From: a virus
Taxonomy: Duplodnaviria > Caudoviricetes
IMG/VR virus record: IMGVR_UViG_3300033075_001536
Coordinates: 106,679-170,678 of that record
Length of the DNA stretch: 64,000 nucleotides
Strand: one strand, 5' to 3'
The position numbers were made by a program, and so were the translations under genes. The number at the start of each line of letters is the position of its first letter. Positions within the stretch are counted from its first letter, which is position 1. This document shows, piece after piece, positions 1 through 10,992 of this stretch. A model generated the notes under the pieces. The model had not been told where the DNA came from, searched no databases, and saw nothing but the letters and a program-made list of their open reading frames with translations.

Positions 1-226
1 TTAAAGCAATAAATCTTTCAGCTACTTCTTTTTCAGTAGATTTCTTTTTTGCTTTTGGGCCTGGTGCAACACTTGGCTTGTCCCTTCTTACTGGACTAGG
101 TCTCTTACCCGGATCTTGCCTTCTACCTGGCTCAGTTGGAGTAGTGGATGGTTTTGTTCCTGGTGAAGGAGCTGGCGCTGGTTGAGCTTCCTCATTGAAC
201 TTATCAAATTTTTTTATAAATCTCAT
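1..226 (-). CDS. Pro-rich protein with capsid-targeting-like N-terminus (partial, runs off window)
   Basis: Manual translation from ATG at 226: MRFIKKFDKFNEEAQPAPAPSPGTKPSTT..., open to position 1. Confidence 0.75.
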   Translation of the reverse strand, partial: MRFIKKFDKFNEEAQPAPAPSPGTKPSTTPTEPGRRQDPGKRPSPVRRDKPSVAPGPKAKKKSTEKEVAERFIAL

Positions 227-311
227 TTTAAGTGGATTATTTTTATTTCTTTATATATAAAATTTTTTAAATAGAAAAATTCTTTGTTAGTAATATTTTA
301 TATATAAAGAA

Positions 312-1391
312 ATGAGTAATTCAAAATTTAAAGTAAACGAAAGATTTGGTGTGGCTGAGCCAACATTATATTATGTTGATCCAATTTTTGATAAGATTTT
401 TGGAAGATTACATAAAATGATGACTGGTGATAAGACTTTTTATAGAAGGACAGTTACTTTAAAATATGCGGATGTTCGAACTAATGTAAAAAGTAGGCAG
501 TTATATGCTGAATTTCCAGTAATTGGAATTGAGCTCGAACTTGATTTTGATAAAGTAAAAGCTGAAGATTTTGAAAAAAAGTATGGAAAAGATAAAAAAA
601 TAAATATTGTTGGTCTTGCTTCTGGATATGGTGCTAAAATGTTTAGTGGTGATCCAAAAATTACTAATCCAATTAAACAAGTTGTCAATGAGGAAGGAAT
701 AGTTCTTATTCTAGGTATTGAAATAAAAGCTAGCTCTTCTTTAAATATGTCGGATAAGTCAGATGCTTATGATGTGGCTAATGAAATTAGATCTTTAATT
801 TGGCACGAGCTTAATCACTGTTATGAATATTATAAAAGATTGGACGGAAAAGAGCCAAAAACATACACCAAATGGGTTAAGACCGCATTAACTTGTGCAT
901 CAGTGGATGCCAATACATGGAAATTTGGTAAAAGTATTTATGATTTCTGGGAAAAGAATTTTACCTACTATATTTATTTTACAGAACCTCATGAAATGCG
1001 AGCGGAGATTCAGGAAATTGGTCACCATATACAAAAGATGGGAATAGATGGTTATAAAAATAGTAAAATATGGAAAGATATTGAATATATGGAAAAATTT
1101 AATCCAAGTGCTTTTCATAGAAGTTTATTAAGACTAGTTAGTGAAAAAATACCTAAATATCTTGGAACTGAAAGAGCTACAGCTAGAAGACTTAAAGATA
1201 TGTGGGTAGAAGTTTATAAAAAACAATTGAAGGAACAAAAGCAAACCGATAAAATTGATATTAAAAGTATTGAAAAAATGAGGGCTATGGAGTTTCTGAA
1301 ATTTTGGGATAAAAGATTTAAAGAGAGATCAAAATACATGAAAAGAAAAGTTATGATTTTAGCATCTCATATAAAACAAGAAGGATTTTAA
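312..1391 (+). CDS. putative zincin-like metallopeptidase
   Basis: HELNH (HExxH) plus downstream EPHEMRAE. Confidence 0.55.
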   Translation: MSNSKFKVNERFGVAEPTLYYVDPIFDKIFGRLHKMMTGDKTFYRRTVTLKYADVRTNVKSRQLYAEFPVIGIELELDFDKVKAEDFEKKYGKDKKINIVGLASGYGAKMFSGDPKITNPIKQVVNEEGIVLILGIEIKASSSLNMSDKSDAYDVANEIRSLIWHELNHCYEYYKRLDGKEPKTYTKWVKTALTCASVDANTWKFGKSIYDFWEKNFTYYIYFTEPHEMRAEIQEIGHHIQKMGIDGYKNSKIWKDIEYMEKFNPSAFHRSLLRLVSEKIPKYLGTERATARRLKDMWVEVYKKQLKEQKQTDKIDIKSIEKMRAMEFLKFWDKRFKERSKYMKRKVMILASHIKQEGF

Positions 1392-1393
1392 TT

Positions 1394-1918
1394 ATGAAAT
1401 ATTTAAGAAAATTTGGTGAAAAATTTGAAATTTCCGATGAACAAGAATCTGAATTAATGAATATTTTTTCTGAGCGTGGTTGGAACTTGGTTGATCATAG
1501 AGTTGAGTTCTATGAAAATCCAAATAAAAATCTTTCTGGAAAATCTGGAACCATTAAAAGTGTTAAGAGTGAAGTAGCAACGGTTGATATAGACGGTAAG
1601 GAATATCAGGTTCCTTTTAATGAATTATTGGATAAAAATTTGGCAAAAATATATAGAAAGGAATCTCCTTTTAAGTCGGGTCCGGGGTTTGAGTATAAAA
1701 CTATTGATGACTATCCACAAAGTGTTCGACTAATTTATAATAGACTTACTCCAGATCAAAAGAAATTTGTGGATGATAATGTTGAAAAATTTGCTAAAGT
1801 GGCTAAGAAGATGTTTTATAAAGGTGATAAAGATTGGAAAAAGTTCTTTACTAAAGAAACCAAAAAAATAGATAGTTTATCTGAATTGATAAATTCAATG
1901 AATAGTTATATGATATGA
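1394..1918 (+). CDS. hypothetical protein, CTS-like N-terminus, SH3/KOW-like segment
   Basis: MKYLRKFGE; GKSGTIKSV..ATVDIDGKEYQVPF. Confidence 0.5.
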   Translation: MKYLRKFGEKFEISDEQESELMNIFSERGWNLVDHRVEFYENPNKNLSGKSGTIKSVKSEVATVDIDGKEYQVPFNELLDKNLAKIYRKESPFKSGPGFEYKTIDDYPQSVRLIYNRLTPDQKKFVDDNVEKFAKVAKKMFYKGDKDWKKFFTKETKKIDSLSELINSMNSYMI

Positions 1919-2385
1919 GGAAATTTAGTAAAATATCGGAAAGTGTTGAATTTAAGAAATTTAAAGTTTCTGCTAGTATAGATATTTTAGTAGAAGCTGA
2001 GAGTGAGGGAGATGCTGGATATCAATCTGATTCTATTTTAGGTGGGATTGAAGAACAAATAGATTTTAGAATTAATAATATTGAGGAAATTTCTGAAGAG
2101 GAATTTAAAAAATTAACTGAAAATATGGAATTCAAAAAAGATCAATCTTGGGAAGAAAAAAATGACAAATTGGTGAAGACATTCCAATTTGAGGATTTTA
2201 AATCATCTATTAAATTTATCAATCATGTTGCTGATATAGCAAATGCTACAAATCATCACCCTGAAATAAATAATATATATGATAAGGTAACTATTAAATT
2301 ATCTACACATGATGCTGGTAATAAAGTTACAGATAAAGATAAAAGAATGTCTCAAAAAATAGATTCATTATGGAAACAAATTTAA
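1915..2385 (+). CDS. pterin-4a-carbinolamine dehydratase domain with N-terminal extension
   Basis: KTFQFEDFKSSIKFINHVA...NHHPEI...LSTHDAGNKVTDKD, typical PCD motifs. Confidence 0.85.
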   Translation: MRKFSKISESVEFKKFKVSASIDILVEAESEGDAGYQSDSILGGIEEQIDFRINNIEEISEEEFKKLTENMEFKKDQSWEEKNDKLVKTFQFEDFKSSIKFINHVADIANATNHHPEINNIYDKVTIKLSTHDAGNKVTDKDKRMSQKIDSLWKQI

Positions 2386-2930
2386 AAATACCAAATGGCT
2401 TTAAAAATATTGCCGTACCTTCGGTTGCTGTCTTATCTAAAGACGATTTAAAACAAGTAAGTAATGGTGTAGAGCCAAAGATAGATAATAAACAAATATG
2501 TCCATCTTTTTTGATGGGTGTTGATCATCCAAATTTAGAAAAAGGACCTGATTCGGTTTCAAAATTCTTTTCAAAGTTATTTGAAGCTCGTCAAATGGCA
2601 CATATATTTCATTTACAAGTAAATGGCCAACCAGGATCTGGATGGGAACATACTGCACTTGGAGATTTTTATGAAAAATTATTGGAATTTACAGATGATA
2701 TTATAGAAACCTATCAAGGGCAATATGGAATTGTAGAAGGATATGAGATGATTGATACTAGCGCTACAAGAGATTATAACTCTTTAAAATATTTACAATC
2801 ATTGGTTGAATTTATAAAGAAAGAGAGATATAATTGTTTATCTGAAGAAGATTCGCACCTACAAAATATTGTGGATGAAATTGTTGCTCTTGTTTATAAG
2901 ACTATTTATAAACTAACCTACATGAAATGA
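2370..2930 (+). CDS. Dps/ferritin-like four-helix protein (DUF5856-like)
   Basis: HIFHLQV..GWEHTALGDFYE...DDIIETYQGQYG. Confidence 0.7.
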   Translation: METNLKIPNGFKNIAVPSVAVLSKDDLKQVSNGVEPKIDNKQICPSFLMGVDHPNLEKGPDSVSKFFSKLFEARQMAHIFHLQVNGQPGSGWEHTALGDFYEKLLEFTDDIIETYQGQYGIVEGYEMIDTSATRDYNSLKYLQSLVEFIKKERYNCLSEEDSHLQNIVDEIVALVYKTIYKLTYMK

Positions 2931-3568
2931 AATTTGTTAAGAGATTTGAATCCATTTATGGAAATTTTGAAGAAAAAGATGTTTCTTTAGAAAGGATGTT
3001 GTATTTAATTTGTGTTGCAAACGATGATTGTGTATATGATGCTCCTGGTCCAGAAATTGCTCACCATGAAATATATGAGGGAGATTTTCCAATATTGAAC
3101 TCAATTATGGATGATAACAATAGTGATTTTTTAATGGAGGATATAACTAAAGATATTTCAGGAGTTATAAAAAAATTATCCGACAAAGAAAAAAATAATA
3201 TCAAAGAATTATATCATAAGTTAAATAGAACATATCGATTGGAAAAGTTCATTACAATAGATGATATTAAAGAATTAACTTATGATTTAGTTGATTCTGG
3301 ATTTGAGTTGGAGTGGAAAATTTGGTGTGCTAAATTTAAAACTCCTAATGGATATTTTTCTTCTTTGAAAAACTTCCCAACCACAGAAATAGATATTAAA
3401 TTCTCTTGTGATGAGGAATTGGATAAATATTTTAACATGTCTGAAGATATCCAAACTTTAATAGAGAGACTAAGAGATAGCTACCAGGTTGATTTTAAAA
3501 TAAGGCCTCATGGCAATACCAATCTACCAATGATATCTTATAAAATTACTATTAGTAACAAGGATTAA
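2927..3568 (+). CDS. hypothetical protein, CTS-like N-terminus
   Basis: MKFVKRFES; DIKELTYDLVDSGF repeat-family motif. Confidence 0.6.
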   Translation: MKFVKRFESIYGNFEEKDVSLERMLYLICVANDDCVYDAPGPEIAHHEIYEGDFPILNSIMDDNNSDFLMEDITKDISGVIKKLSDKEKNNIKELYHKLNRTYRLEKFITIDDIKELTYDLVDSGFELEWKIWCAKFKTPNGYFSSLKNFPTTEIDIKFSCDEELDKYFNMSEDIQTLIERLRDSYQVDFKIRPHGNTNLPMISYKITISNKD

Positions 3569-3870
3569 TATAGGAACTGACTTCCTTTATCGTTATAATT
3601 CTTCATATTATTTGCAACATTATCTATGTTGGATAAAGAATCGGATATATTTTTACTAATTAATTGTAAATTGGCAATAGAGTCATCAATTTGATCATTT
3701 GATTTTTTAGAATCTGACTGAAAATTATTTAATTCGTTTAAAAGTCCGTCAATATATTCCAATTTTAATTTAAAAAATTGTGCCATTTTTACCATCTCAT
3801 CTTCGATATCACTGACTCTATCTGGAGATAATTGCATTTGAGCTTCGTTAAATGGTTTAAGATGTTTCAT
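3565..3870 (-). CDS. small coiled-coil protein, CTS-like N-terminus
   Basis: MKHLKPFNE; AATATATA box upstream. Confidence 0.6.
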   Translation of the reverse strand: MKHLKPFNEAQMQLSPDRVSDIEDEMVKMAQFFKLKLEYIDGLLNELNNFQSDSKKSNDQIDDSIANLQLISKNISDSLSNIDNVANNMKNYNDKGSQFLY

Positions 3871-3881
3871 TGATTTATATA

Positions 3882-4217
3882 TTAAAATTTTGACTCAATT
3901 TTAACCACTTTTATATTTATGTAGTATCCGTGATGTTGTCCACCTATTTTTAGATAACACTTTAATCCAATTTCTTCCAATCTATCATTTATCTCTTCTA
4001 AATATGGAATCATTTGACTATGGAATCTACCAAGTACTTTCCTATCATTGGATTCAAATTTGCTCCTGTAAATAATAGTTTTAGTTGCTTTTATGTAGAT
4101 TTTTTCCAAACCAAGTTGTGGAAAATCATCCAGCAATTCTTGAAAGATATCATCAATGTCCACATTTCTGCTAACACCATTATTTATTTTAGATTCAAAT
4201 AATTTTAAATATCTCAT
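3882..4217 (-). CDS. hypothetical protein, CTS-like N-terminus
   Basis: MRYLKLFES; DIDDIFQELLDDFP family motif. Confidence 0.6.
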   Translation of the reverse strand: MRYLKLFESKINNGVSRNVDIDDIFQELLDDFPQLGLEKIYIKATKTIIYRSKFESNDRKVLGRFHSQMIPYLEEINDRLEEIGLKCYLKIGGQHHGYYINIKVVKIESKF

Positions 4218-4255
4218 ATCCTATTTATTAAATATATTTTTTAATATATACACCA

Positions 4256-4930
4256 ATGTCAAAGTATTTAATATGTGAGTTTAATGAGTTTACAAACATG
4301 AGAATGAACCCAGATTCGGTTCAATCATCTGTTCATGTAGATGATCCACAATTATCTATCAATGCTTTTGATAAGCATCAAGATGCTATTCGTCAAGCTC
4401 TTTCAAGAATAGATGGTATTTTACATTCTTTATCAAATTCTAATCAGTATAAGTTTTTAAAGGGTAAATTAGGATTAGAGGATCAAAATATCACCAATAT
4501 GAGAATTATTCGTATTGTTAAATCTGGAGTTAGTTATGATGTTTATATTTCATTCACCATTAACAATGAAAATGAATATTGGGGAGTAATTAAAAATATT
4601 CTTTCACTTAATCCAGAGGTAATATCTGAAGTATTTAAGGACGGTGATTTGGTGCAGACAAAGGAGTGGGTAATTAAAACTAAGGGACTTTTACTAAAAG
4701 TGATTAGAAATTTTTTAAAACCGGATCCAGGAAAATGGAAGCTAATTAATGATAGCATCACCTGTTATTCTTTAGAAACTGGAAAGCTAATGAAAATGGA
4801 CAAAGGCGCTGAAGTGGAGGTTCTAAAATGTTATGATGATTTAATTATAATAAAATACGATAATATTAAATATTCACTTCATGGTGATAACTATGTTTAT
4901 TTTAATTATTGGTTTGAAAAATTAATCTAA
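4256..4930 (+). CDS. hypothetical protein
   Basis: 224-aa ORF, AATATATA 5 nt before ATG. Confidence 0.6.
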   Translation: MSKYLICEFNEFTNMRMNPDSVQSSVHVDDPQLSINAFDKHQDAIRQALSRIDGILHSLSNSNQYKFLKGKLGLEDQNITNMRIIRIVKSGVSYDVYISFTINNENEYWGVIKNILSLNPEVISEVFKDGDLVQTKEWVIKTKGLLLKVIRNFLKPDPGKWKLINDSITCYSLETGKLMKMDKGAEVEVLKCYDDLIIIKYDNIKYSLHGDNYVYFNYWFEKLI

Positions 4931-6505
4931 AGAATATTCTTGTTCTGGAAAGAATATAGATTCTCCAGCTAAAATTCCAGAAGCCACATTATTATAGTGT
5001 AGTGATCCAGAATATATATAACAAGGAACAAATATCCCCGAATTTAAAACATATCCACCAATACTAATATTAACTGATGGTTGATATCCAATAGGTATAT
5101 TGCAAATACTATCACCAAATGAAGCATTGGATGCGACAACCACATTTCCTCTTAAAGATACTTTACCAGACTTGGATTTTCTTATAGAAAGATGATTTCC
5201 AAGTGGATTTGGTCCAAATTTTGCTCCATAGGTTGGTATGGACTGACCATTGGTCATGGTTCCAACCGCTCCAACTTCTTTCCATGATTCGTCAGCAAAA
5301 TTTGAATTGATTACATACCAATTTTCATTAATTGATAATAACTCAACAGAATATCCCCTATATAAAGCTAATGTTGATACAAAGGATCCATTGTAGTATA
5401 TCTTTTGGGTTCCACTTGGTGTGAGTGTTATAGAGTTACTAAAAGTAGCACATTGTATTAGAGCCTTTCTACCATTGTATCTACCAATAAGATCTGGAAG
5501 GTATAGAGATATTGCACTAGTTCCGGTATTGTTTACGATCATATTATGCTCAACATCATCAAAGGAAGGAGACACATTATTACTAGATGATATTATTGTT
5601 CTCTCATATTGTGCAAAATTTGTTCTAAATTGGGTATCTACATTTACAAATCCTGATTTTGGATTTACATAGTATCCAAGTCCTAAACTTGTTTGAAAAT
5701 TTATATCTCCGGCTTTTGTGAATCCAGTAGCGTCCATTCCAGTTATAAAACTAATACTTCCTGGGTTATTTAATCCATCACCAGAATATAAATATATGCT
5801 TCCTCCATTCGAAGCGCTTGAATCAGACGCATTTAGTGTTATTGATTTTCCAGCGCCAGATAAATCATCTGTTCTTATTTCTAAGTTTTCATCAGTTGAT
5901 AATAGTGTTTTTGAAGAGCTTAGTCCAAGAATAGTATAGTTTGTTGAATTAGACAACTTGATACCAGAATAGGATGTATCTCCAAAAAATTGATGAGAAA
6001 CTTGTCCACCAGCATTAATTTTGTCAGAATTGCTTGTTTTGGTTCTTATTTGAACACCATTTAAATTATTAGATGATCCTAAAGTTATCCAATTATCTGA
6101 AGAAACCCCAAATACAGATTCATATTGAGATCCGCCTCCACCTAAATATAGATATTTTTGAATTCCTAGTCCAGAATCAGCGACTACTCCAGATTGTGTG
6201 ATAACCATTGGTGCATAGCTCAGTGCCGTTGATGATGTCCAAAATGATAGATATTTTGTCCTACCAGCAACTGTTGTGACATTTCCCAACCCTTCAGCGC
6301 TCCATGTTCCTGATCCAGAATTATATACCCAATTCGTTCTATCGGATAATTGAAAGCATTTTAATCCGTCATATACAAATGAATATGGATTTCCAATACT
6401 TGTTAGTCCTAAAGCAACTCTATCAGCTGATGTGGTTGCTATTATTCTACTATCAATTGGTCCTGCTTTTTCTACACTAAATCCGTCTATAATTACTATT
6501 GCCAT
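4922..6505 (-). CDS. tail fibre / receptor-binding-like structural protein
   Basis: G/S/T/N-rich; N-terminal PIDSR...YDGLKCFQ..WVY fibre-like module; beta-rich C-terminal tip. Confidence 0.6.
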   Translation of the reverse strand: MAIVIIDGFSVEKAGPIDSRIIATTSADRVALGLTSIGNPYSFVYDGLKCFQLSDRTNWVYNSGSGTWSAEGLGNVTTVAGRTKYLSFWTSSTALSYAPMVITQSGVVADSGLGIQKYLYLGGGGSQYESVFGVSSDNWITLGSSNNLNGVQIRTKTSNSDKINAGGQVSHQFFGDTSYSGIKLSNSTNYTILGLSSSKTLLSTDENLEIRTDDLSGAGKSITLNASDSSASNGGSIYLYSGDGLNNPGSISFITGMDATGFTKAGDINFQTSLGLGYYVNPKSGFVNVDTQFRTNFAQYERTIISSSNNVSPSFDDVEHNMIVNNTGTSAISLYLPDLIGRYNGRKALIQCATFSNSITLTPSGTQKIYYNGSFVSTLALYRGYSVELLSINENWYVINSNFADESWKEVGAVGTMTNGQSIPTYGAKFGPNPLGNHLSIRKSKSGKVSLRGNVVVASNASFGDSICNIPIGYQPSVNISIGGYVLNSGIFVPCYIYSGSLHYNNVASGILAGESIFFPEQEYSLD

Positions 6506-6520
6506 TTCTTATATATTTTT

Positions 6521-8020
6521 TTATAAATTAAATTGATATACCTGCCCAGTTAATGTTGTTGGTGTTGGGTAGTAATAAAATCTATAATTTTTTGTTGTCC
6601 ATTTTCCAGTTGGTGAATTAACACTAACTATACCAGTGGTAAAAGTGAGTGTAAATCCGTTATTGTCCTTTATGGATGTTAATGGTCCATAATTTGCATC
6701 ATAGCAGAAATAAATGTATCCAGATCCACTTAGAGCAATATTTTTACTACTAGCGGCTGATATACTGAACCCACCAACTGAATATAGGTAAGCTGCTGTT
6801 GCATCTGCTGTCCAGCCGAAATCAGTAGGTAGTAATGGGTAAAATCCATAGAAATAAGGAACCACAAATTTACCAACAGTTGATGCAGTGTAAGTTACAA
6901 ATGTATTATCTGTTACAGTTAGTCTAAAGGTATTTGTCGATGGATATAAATTTTGATTTCCAGGAGCAACACTCCAAGAAACATTTCCGGAAACATTTAC
7001 AATTCCAGACCCACTAGCAGTTGCAAAATTACTAAGTGGACTAGCTGTTGGTGTGGATGATCCAGTGGATGCAATTATATCTTCTGATCTTTTCGTTATG
7101 GTGTAACTCATAGTCATCGAGTTATTGGCAAATTGATTATATTCTATAACACTTGGAACCATAGATACGGATGCAAGTGGTCCTAGATATGGATATAGAA
7201 GTTCCCTCAATAGTTCCACTATTGGATAGTTACTAAAAGTTCTTCCAGCAACAATTCCTCCAAAGTCTTGAACCATCGGAGTTGCGTCAGTAAATTCCAA
7301 TGGGTATCCATTTAAATTTACAGGACTTCCATAAATATCTGTCTGTGATCCAGTGGATCCTAAAACATTCGAACTAAACGACACATCTTCCCAATACATC
7401 TGTGGTGTTGGTGATGTTCTATATCTTAGAATTCTTCCATCTGCTGCTGATGCTCCTGTTTCTGCGATTGTTGGAAATACAATATCATTAATTGTCACAT
7501 ATCCTGTTTCTGATGAAAGTGTTAAATTACCACCAGATAGAGATGGATTTATTATTTCGAAGTCTAAGGCATTTGGAATTCTTGTAACATCTAGATATGG
7601 TGCATAATTATTTAAAGTTGAATCGGTTCCAGCAAGAATAGAAATTCTTGTATTTTGTGTTGAAAATCCGTCTGATTTATTATTATAGAAATAAAAATCA
7701 GAATAATATCCAGGTAAAGTATCTGGTGATGTGTAGGTTAGAAGATCAGAATTCATAATATCTGATCCAAGATATTGTCTTTTACCGAAATAAATTTTGT
7801 TTCTGGTATTGACATTATCGATACCTATATAGTCGACCGATACCGAACCTGTAAATTGTTTAAATATAGTATTTTCCCATAGAGTATATACCGCGTCCCT
7901 AACATCGTGTGGGTTTATTAGCTTATTAGTATTATCTGGAAGCTTCTGAAGAACAGCTAAGATAGATCCTAATTTATCTGACTCAATGGGTGGTGAAAAT
8001 GGAGAACTATAAGTTGACAT
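6521..8020 (-). CDS. tail/fibre-associated structural protein
   Basis: S/T/G-rich, Ig-like composition, C-terminal GYIYFCY...YGPLTSIKDNNGF; adjacent to fibre gene. Confidence 0.55.
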   Translation of the reverse strand: MSTYSSPFSPPIESDKLGSILAVLQKLPDNTNKLINPHDVRDAVYTLWENTIFKQFTGSVSVDYIGIDNVNTRNKIYFGKRQYLGSDIMNSDLLTYTSPDTLPGYYSDFYFYNNKSDGFSTQNTRISILAGTDSTLNNYAPYLDVTRIPNALDFEIINPSLSGGNLTLSSETGYVTINDIVFPTIAETGASAADGRILRYRTSPTPQMYWEDVSFSSNVLGSTGSQTDIYGSPVNLNGYPLEFTDATPMVQDFGGIVAGRTFSNYPIVELLRELLYPYLGPLASVSMVPSVIEYNQFANNSMTMSYTITKRSEDIIASTGSSTPTASPLSNFATASGSGIVNVSGNVSWSVAPGNQNLYPSTNTFRLTVTDNTFVTYTASTVGKFVVPYFYGFYPLLPTDFGWTADATAAYLYSVGGFSISAASSKNIALSGSGYIYFCYDANYGPLTSIKDNNGFTLTFTTGIVSVNSPTGKWTTKNYRFYYYPTPTTLTGQVYQFNL

Positions 8021-8078
8021 TCAAGAATTTTAAGTATTTAATTTTATATATTAAATTCCTAAAACCTTGATCGAATTC

Positions 8079-8477
8079 TTAGTTAAACAAAAACTCCAAT
8101 TTCATTAGATCTTTAACTTTAGCTGATGTTAAATTTAAATCATCAAAGTTTATTTTATCATAGGAGAGTGTGTTTTCAACAGCTTGTAGATCTTGCATAT
8201 CTTTAGAAAATGCTTTTACATCAACAATATTAACAGCGTCTTTAACTATGTTTCCATCACCATCAATTACTTTTTTAGGAGCTCCATTTTCCATTTCTAT
8301 CCATTTTTCAAGTATTTTTTTCTCCATGGTAACTTTATCTTCTACAATAGAAGATAATTCTTTTATAATTCTGGTTAGTTTAAAAGCACAATTGGCATTA
8401 ATATCCGCTTCAATAAGCGTATTGATAGCAGTGATGGTTTCTTTAGTTAATTCTGAATTTTTAACGACTATTTTCAT
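8079..8477 (-). CDS. helical hypothetical protein (possibly DUF1617-like)
   Basis: 132-aa helical ORF next to fibre genes. Confidence 0.4.
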   Translation of the reverse strand: MKIVVKNSELTKETITAINTLIEADINANCAFKLTRIIKELSSIVEDKVTMEKKILEKWIEMENGAPKKVIDGDGNIVKDAVNIVDVKAFSKDMQDLQAVENTLSYDKINFDDLNLTSAKVKDLMKLEFLFN

Positions 8478-8516
8478 TGATATATTATAATTTTTTATTA
8501 TATATTTATATGTCTT

Positions 8517-9317
8517 TTATATCTTAAAGTTGGTGATTATTAGTTCTCCTCTATTTCCTTCAGATTTTGAAATGTTTCCACTGGAATAATAGACATTGGA
8601 ATCTGTTATATTATATTCTTTATATATATATTGGTAAAATTCTGTATTTGGTAGAGTTAAAATAAATTTACCTTTTATTTCATCAATCTGTGTTTTTAAT
8701 TCCTTGTGCTCAGAATATTTATTCATATTATGTTTATAATAATTAGTATTGACATCTTCTATGATGTATGGTGGATCAATAAAAAATAAAGAATCTTCCG
8801 AATCATATTTTTTAATAACTTCTTTGTAGTCTAAATTTTCAATATAGGTTGTTTTAAGTCTTTGATACAGTTCTTCAATTTGATCGACTATTCTTTCAGT
8901 TGATACTGGTTGCCTTTTTTTGGAATATCCAAAGTTATAGGAACTATCTGAACTTCTTCTAGATGAAAATGACCATTTGGTTAGATATAAAAAACGAAAT
9001 GCCCACTCGACATCTGAAGTTTCTTCTTTTTTTAGAGATTTTAAATTTTCAAATATTTCTCTCGAAATTAGAGTTTTTTCAAATTTTTTAGAAAGTTCTT
9101 CATGTTTGATATCATCTTTAATTACATTAAACATATTTACTAGAGAAGAATCTAAGTCATTATATACTTCTACTTTAGATACGGATCTTGGTTTTTCAAG
9201 AAGAACCCACCCAGCACCACCAAAAAGATCAATAAAGCAATTGTGTTTTGGCAAAATTGAAACAATTTGTTTGGATAGTTTTGATTTTCCACCTAAATAG
9301 TTGATAATTGAGTCCAT
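8517..9317 (-). CDS. dam: DNA adenine methyltransferase (Dam/D12 class)
   Basis: YLGGKS, DLFGGAG, NDLD, DPPY. Confidence 0.9.
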   Translation of the reverse strand: MDSIINYLGGKSKLSKQIVSILPKHNCFIDLFGGAGWVLLEKPRSVSKVEVYNDLDSSLVNMFNVIKDDIKHEELSKKFEKTLISREIFENLKSLKKEETSDVEWAFRFLYLTKWSFSSRRSSDSSYNFGYSKKRQPVSTERIVDQIEELYQRLKTTYIENLDYKEVIKKYDSEDSLFFIDPPYIIEDVNTNYYKHNMNKYSEHKELKTQIDEIKGKFILTLPNTEFYQYIYKEYNITDSNVYYSSGNISKSEGNRGELIITNFKI

Positions 9318-9344
9318 TGAATTTTATATATTAATATATAATCT

Positions 9345-9821
9345 ATGCGTATAATTTTAGAATTTTTAGAATTTATAGATCAATCTTGGAAGAAGGAAGT
9401 AGAGGAGTCTATCGAGTTTCATATCTTTGAAGATTTTTTAAATAAATATGGGCTTAAAATATTATTTGCTTGGGGAGTTTGGTCACCAGGTCTTCATGGT
9501 TTCCATACCATGCCTATGTTTCATTCACTACGACTAGCTCTCCTGGCGTCTGATCCAGATAGAATAGTTGGAACTAAAAATTGTTTAAGAATTAATCTTA
9601 TGAATGCTGAATGGGGTAGTGATGTTGGGGGATTTGATTTTGATTTGGAGATTCGACAAGATGAGGATACAAATTTTGAATTTGAAGATATAGTTGATGC
9701 GTTAAGAGATGAGCTTGGATATTACATAGATATTGTTGAAATAAAATTGCCAGAAAAAATAGAAAAGATGCATTACCAAATAACAATTGATGTAATTTTT
9801 GAAGAAAAGAAGAAAAAATAA
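9345..9821 (+). CDS. hypothetical protein
   Basis: MRIILEFLEF; AATATATA 4 nt before ATG. Confidence 0.55.
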   Translation: MRIILEFLEFIDQSWKKEVEESIEFHIFEDFLNKYGLKILFAWGVWSPGLHGFHTMPMFHSLRLALLASDPDRIVGTKNCLRINLMNAEWGSDVGGFDFDLEIRQDEDTNFEFEDIVDALRDELGYYIDIVEIKLPEKIEKMHYQITIDVIFEEKKKK

Positions 9822-9833
9822 TATATAAGACAT

Positions 9834-10592
9834 ATGTTAGAAACTATCAAATCACTCCTTAATTTACAAAAGAAAATAGATTTAAAAACACTTCCTTCTC
9901 AAGGCTATTTCTATAAAGATGATTTTGAACTTTATATTCGTAAAGCAAATATGGAGGATATTATTGAATATGAGTATAATTATGTTAGAGACAATATACT
10001 TTTACACATTCATAAAGTGAAAACCATTGTGGAGAAAAATGCTATTTTAAAAAATGGATATTCTTTTATTGATTTAAAGTCAATCGATGTGGTTTTTATA
10101 TTTTTTGAAATTGTTAAATTTACTTTGAATAAACCAATTCGAGTAGATTACTTTGATGATGTTTTGGGAAATCCATCCTTAATAGAATTTGGACCATCTA
10201 ATTTTAATTATTATGACTTTACTCCAAATTTAAAAAATTGGAATAAAGAGACTAGAGAGTTCGAAATTGATGGTTATAAATATTCTTTACCAACAATTGG
10301 TGTGGAGAACTCGATTACTAATTTTTTAATTGATAAAAATGAAAAAAATCAACAGCAATATGGTAAATATTCATATGACTTTACCTATTTTTTAAATCAT
10401 AAGCCAAAATTAACTTTTGATGAAATTGAAAATATGTTACAGATATTTAATTTTGATTTAGAGGAATCTGAAATTTTAAAAGTCAGAGGAATTGTTAAGA
10501 TGTTATCTCCAATTCAAAAATATTCTTTAAAGAGAGGTGATAAGGTGATTGACATTAGTTCTAAGATAGACTTGGAGACTATTTGGAAATAA
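9834..10592 (+). CDS. possible baseplate hub assembly protein (T4 gp26-like)
   Basis: LPSQGYFY..LYIRKANMEDI N-terminal pattern, KYSLPTIG later. Confidence 0.45.
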   Translation: MLETIKSLLNLQKKIDLKTLPSQGYFYKDDFELYIRKANMEDIIEYEYNYVRDNILLHIHKVKTIVEKNAILKNGYSFIDLKSIDVVFIFFEIVKFTLNKPIRVDYFDDVLGNPSLIEFGPSNFNYYDFTPNLKNWNKETREFEIDGYKYSLPTIGVENSITNFLIDKNEKNQQQYGKYSYDFTYFLNHKPKLTFDEIENMLQIFNFDLEESEILKVRGIVKMLSPIQKYSLKRGDKVIDISSKIDLETIWK

Positions 10593-10594
10593 AT

Positions 10595-10975
10595 TTACCA
10601 TCCGCGAAATTTAAAGTTAGAAAACCCACGAAGTCTTTTATTTACTGGCTTTCTTTTTACAGAAATGTGTAATTTTTTAATAGGAATTTCTATTCTTTTC
10701 GGTATTCCGGAAAAATGAAATTTTCCTTCTTTTGTTTCAATAGCAATTTCAGCTCTATAAAATTCATTGATTCTATCAACCGATTCTTCTAATATTTCTT
10801 TTATTTCAATGTATTTTATTTCTCTATTTGGTAATAGGATAAAATCTATACTTGATATAGATTCACCATCGGTTGGATTATTATAAAGCCAAAATTTTGT
10901 TTCTGTGGTAAATCCATAATCCATCAACTCTTGTAAATAATCAGTGACTTCGTCTATAACCTTTTCAGCATTCAT
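10595..10975 (-). CDS. hypothetical protein (start reassigned to 10975)
   Basis: Met24 of the tracked ORF lies 6 nt after AATATATA and avoids overlap with the divergent gene; DYLQELMDYGF family motif. Confidence 0.6.
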   Translation of the reverse strand: MNAEKVIDEVTDYLQELMDYGFTTETKFWLYNNPTDGESISSIDFILLPNREIKYIEIKEILEESVDRINEFYRAEIAIETKEGKFHFSGIPKRIEIPIKKLHISVKRKPVNKRLRGFSNFKFRGW

Positions 10976-10992
10976 AATTAATATATATTCGG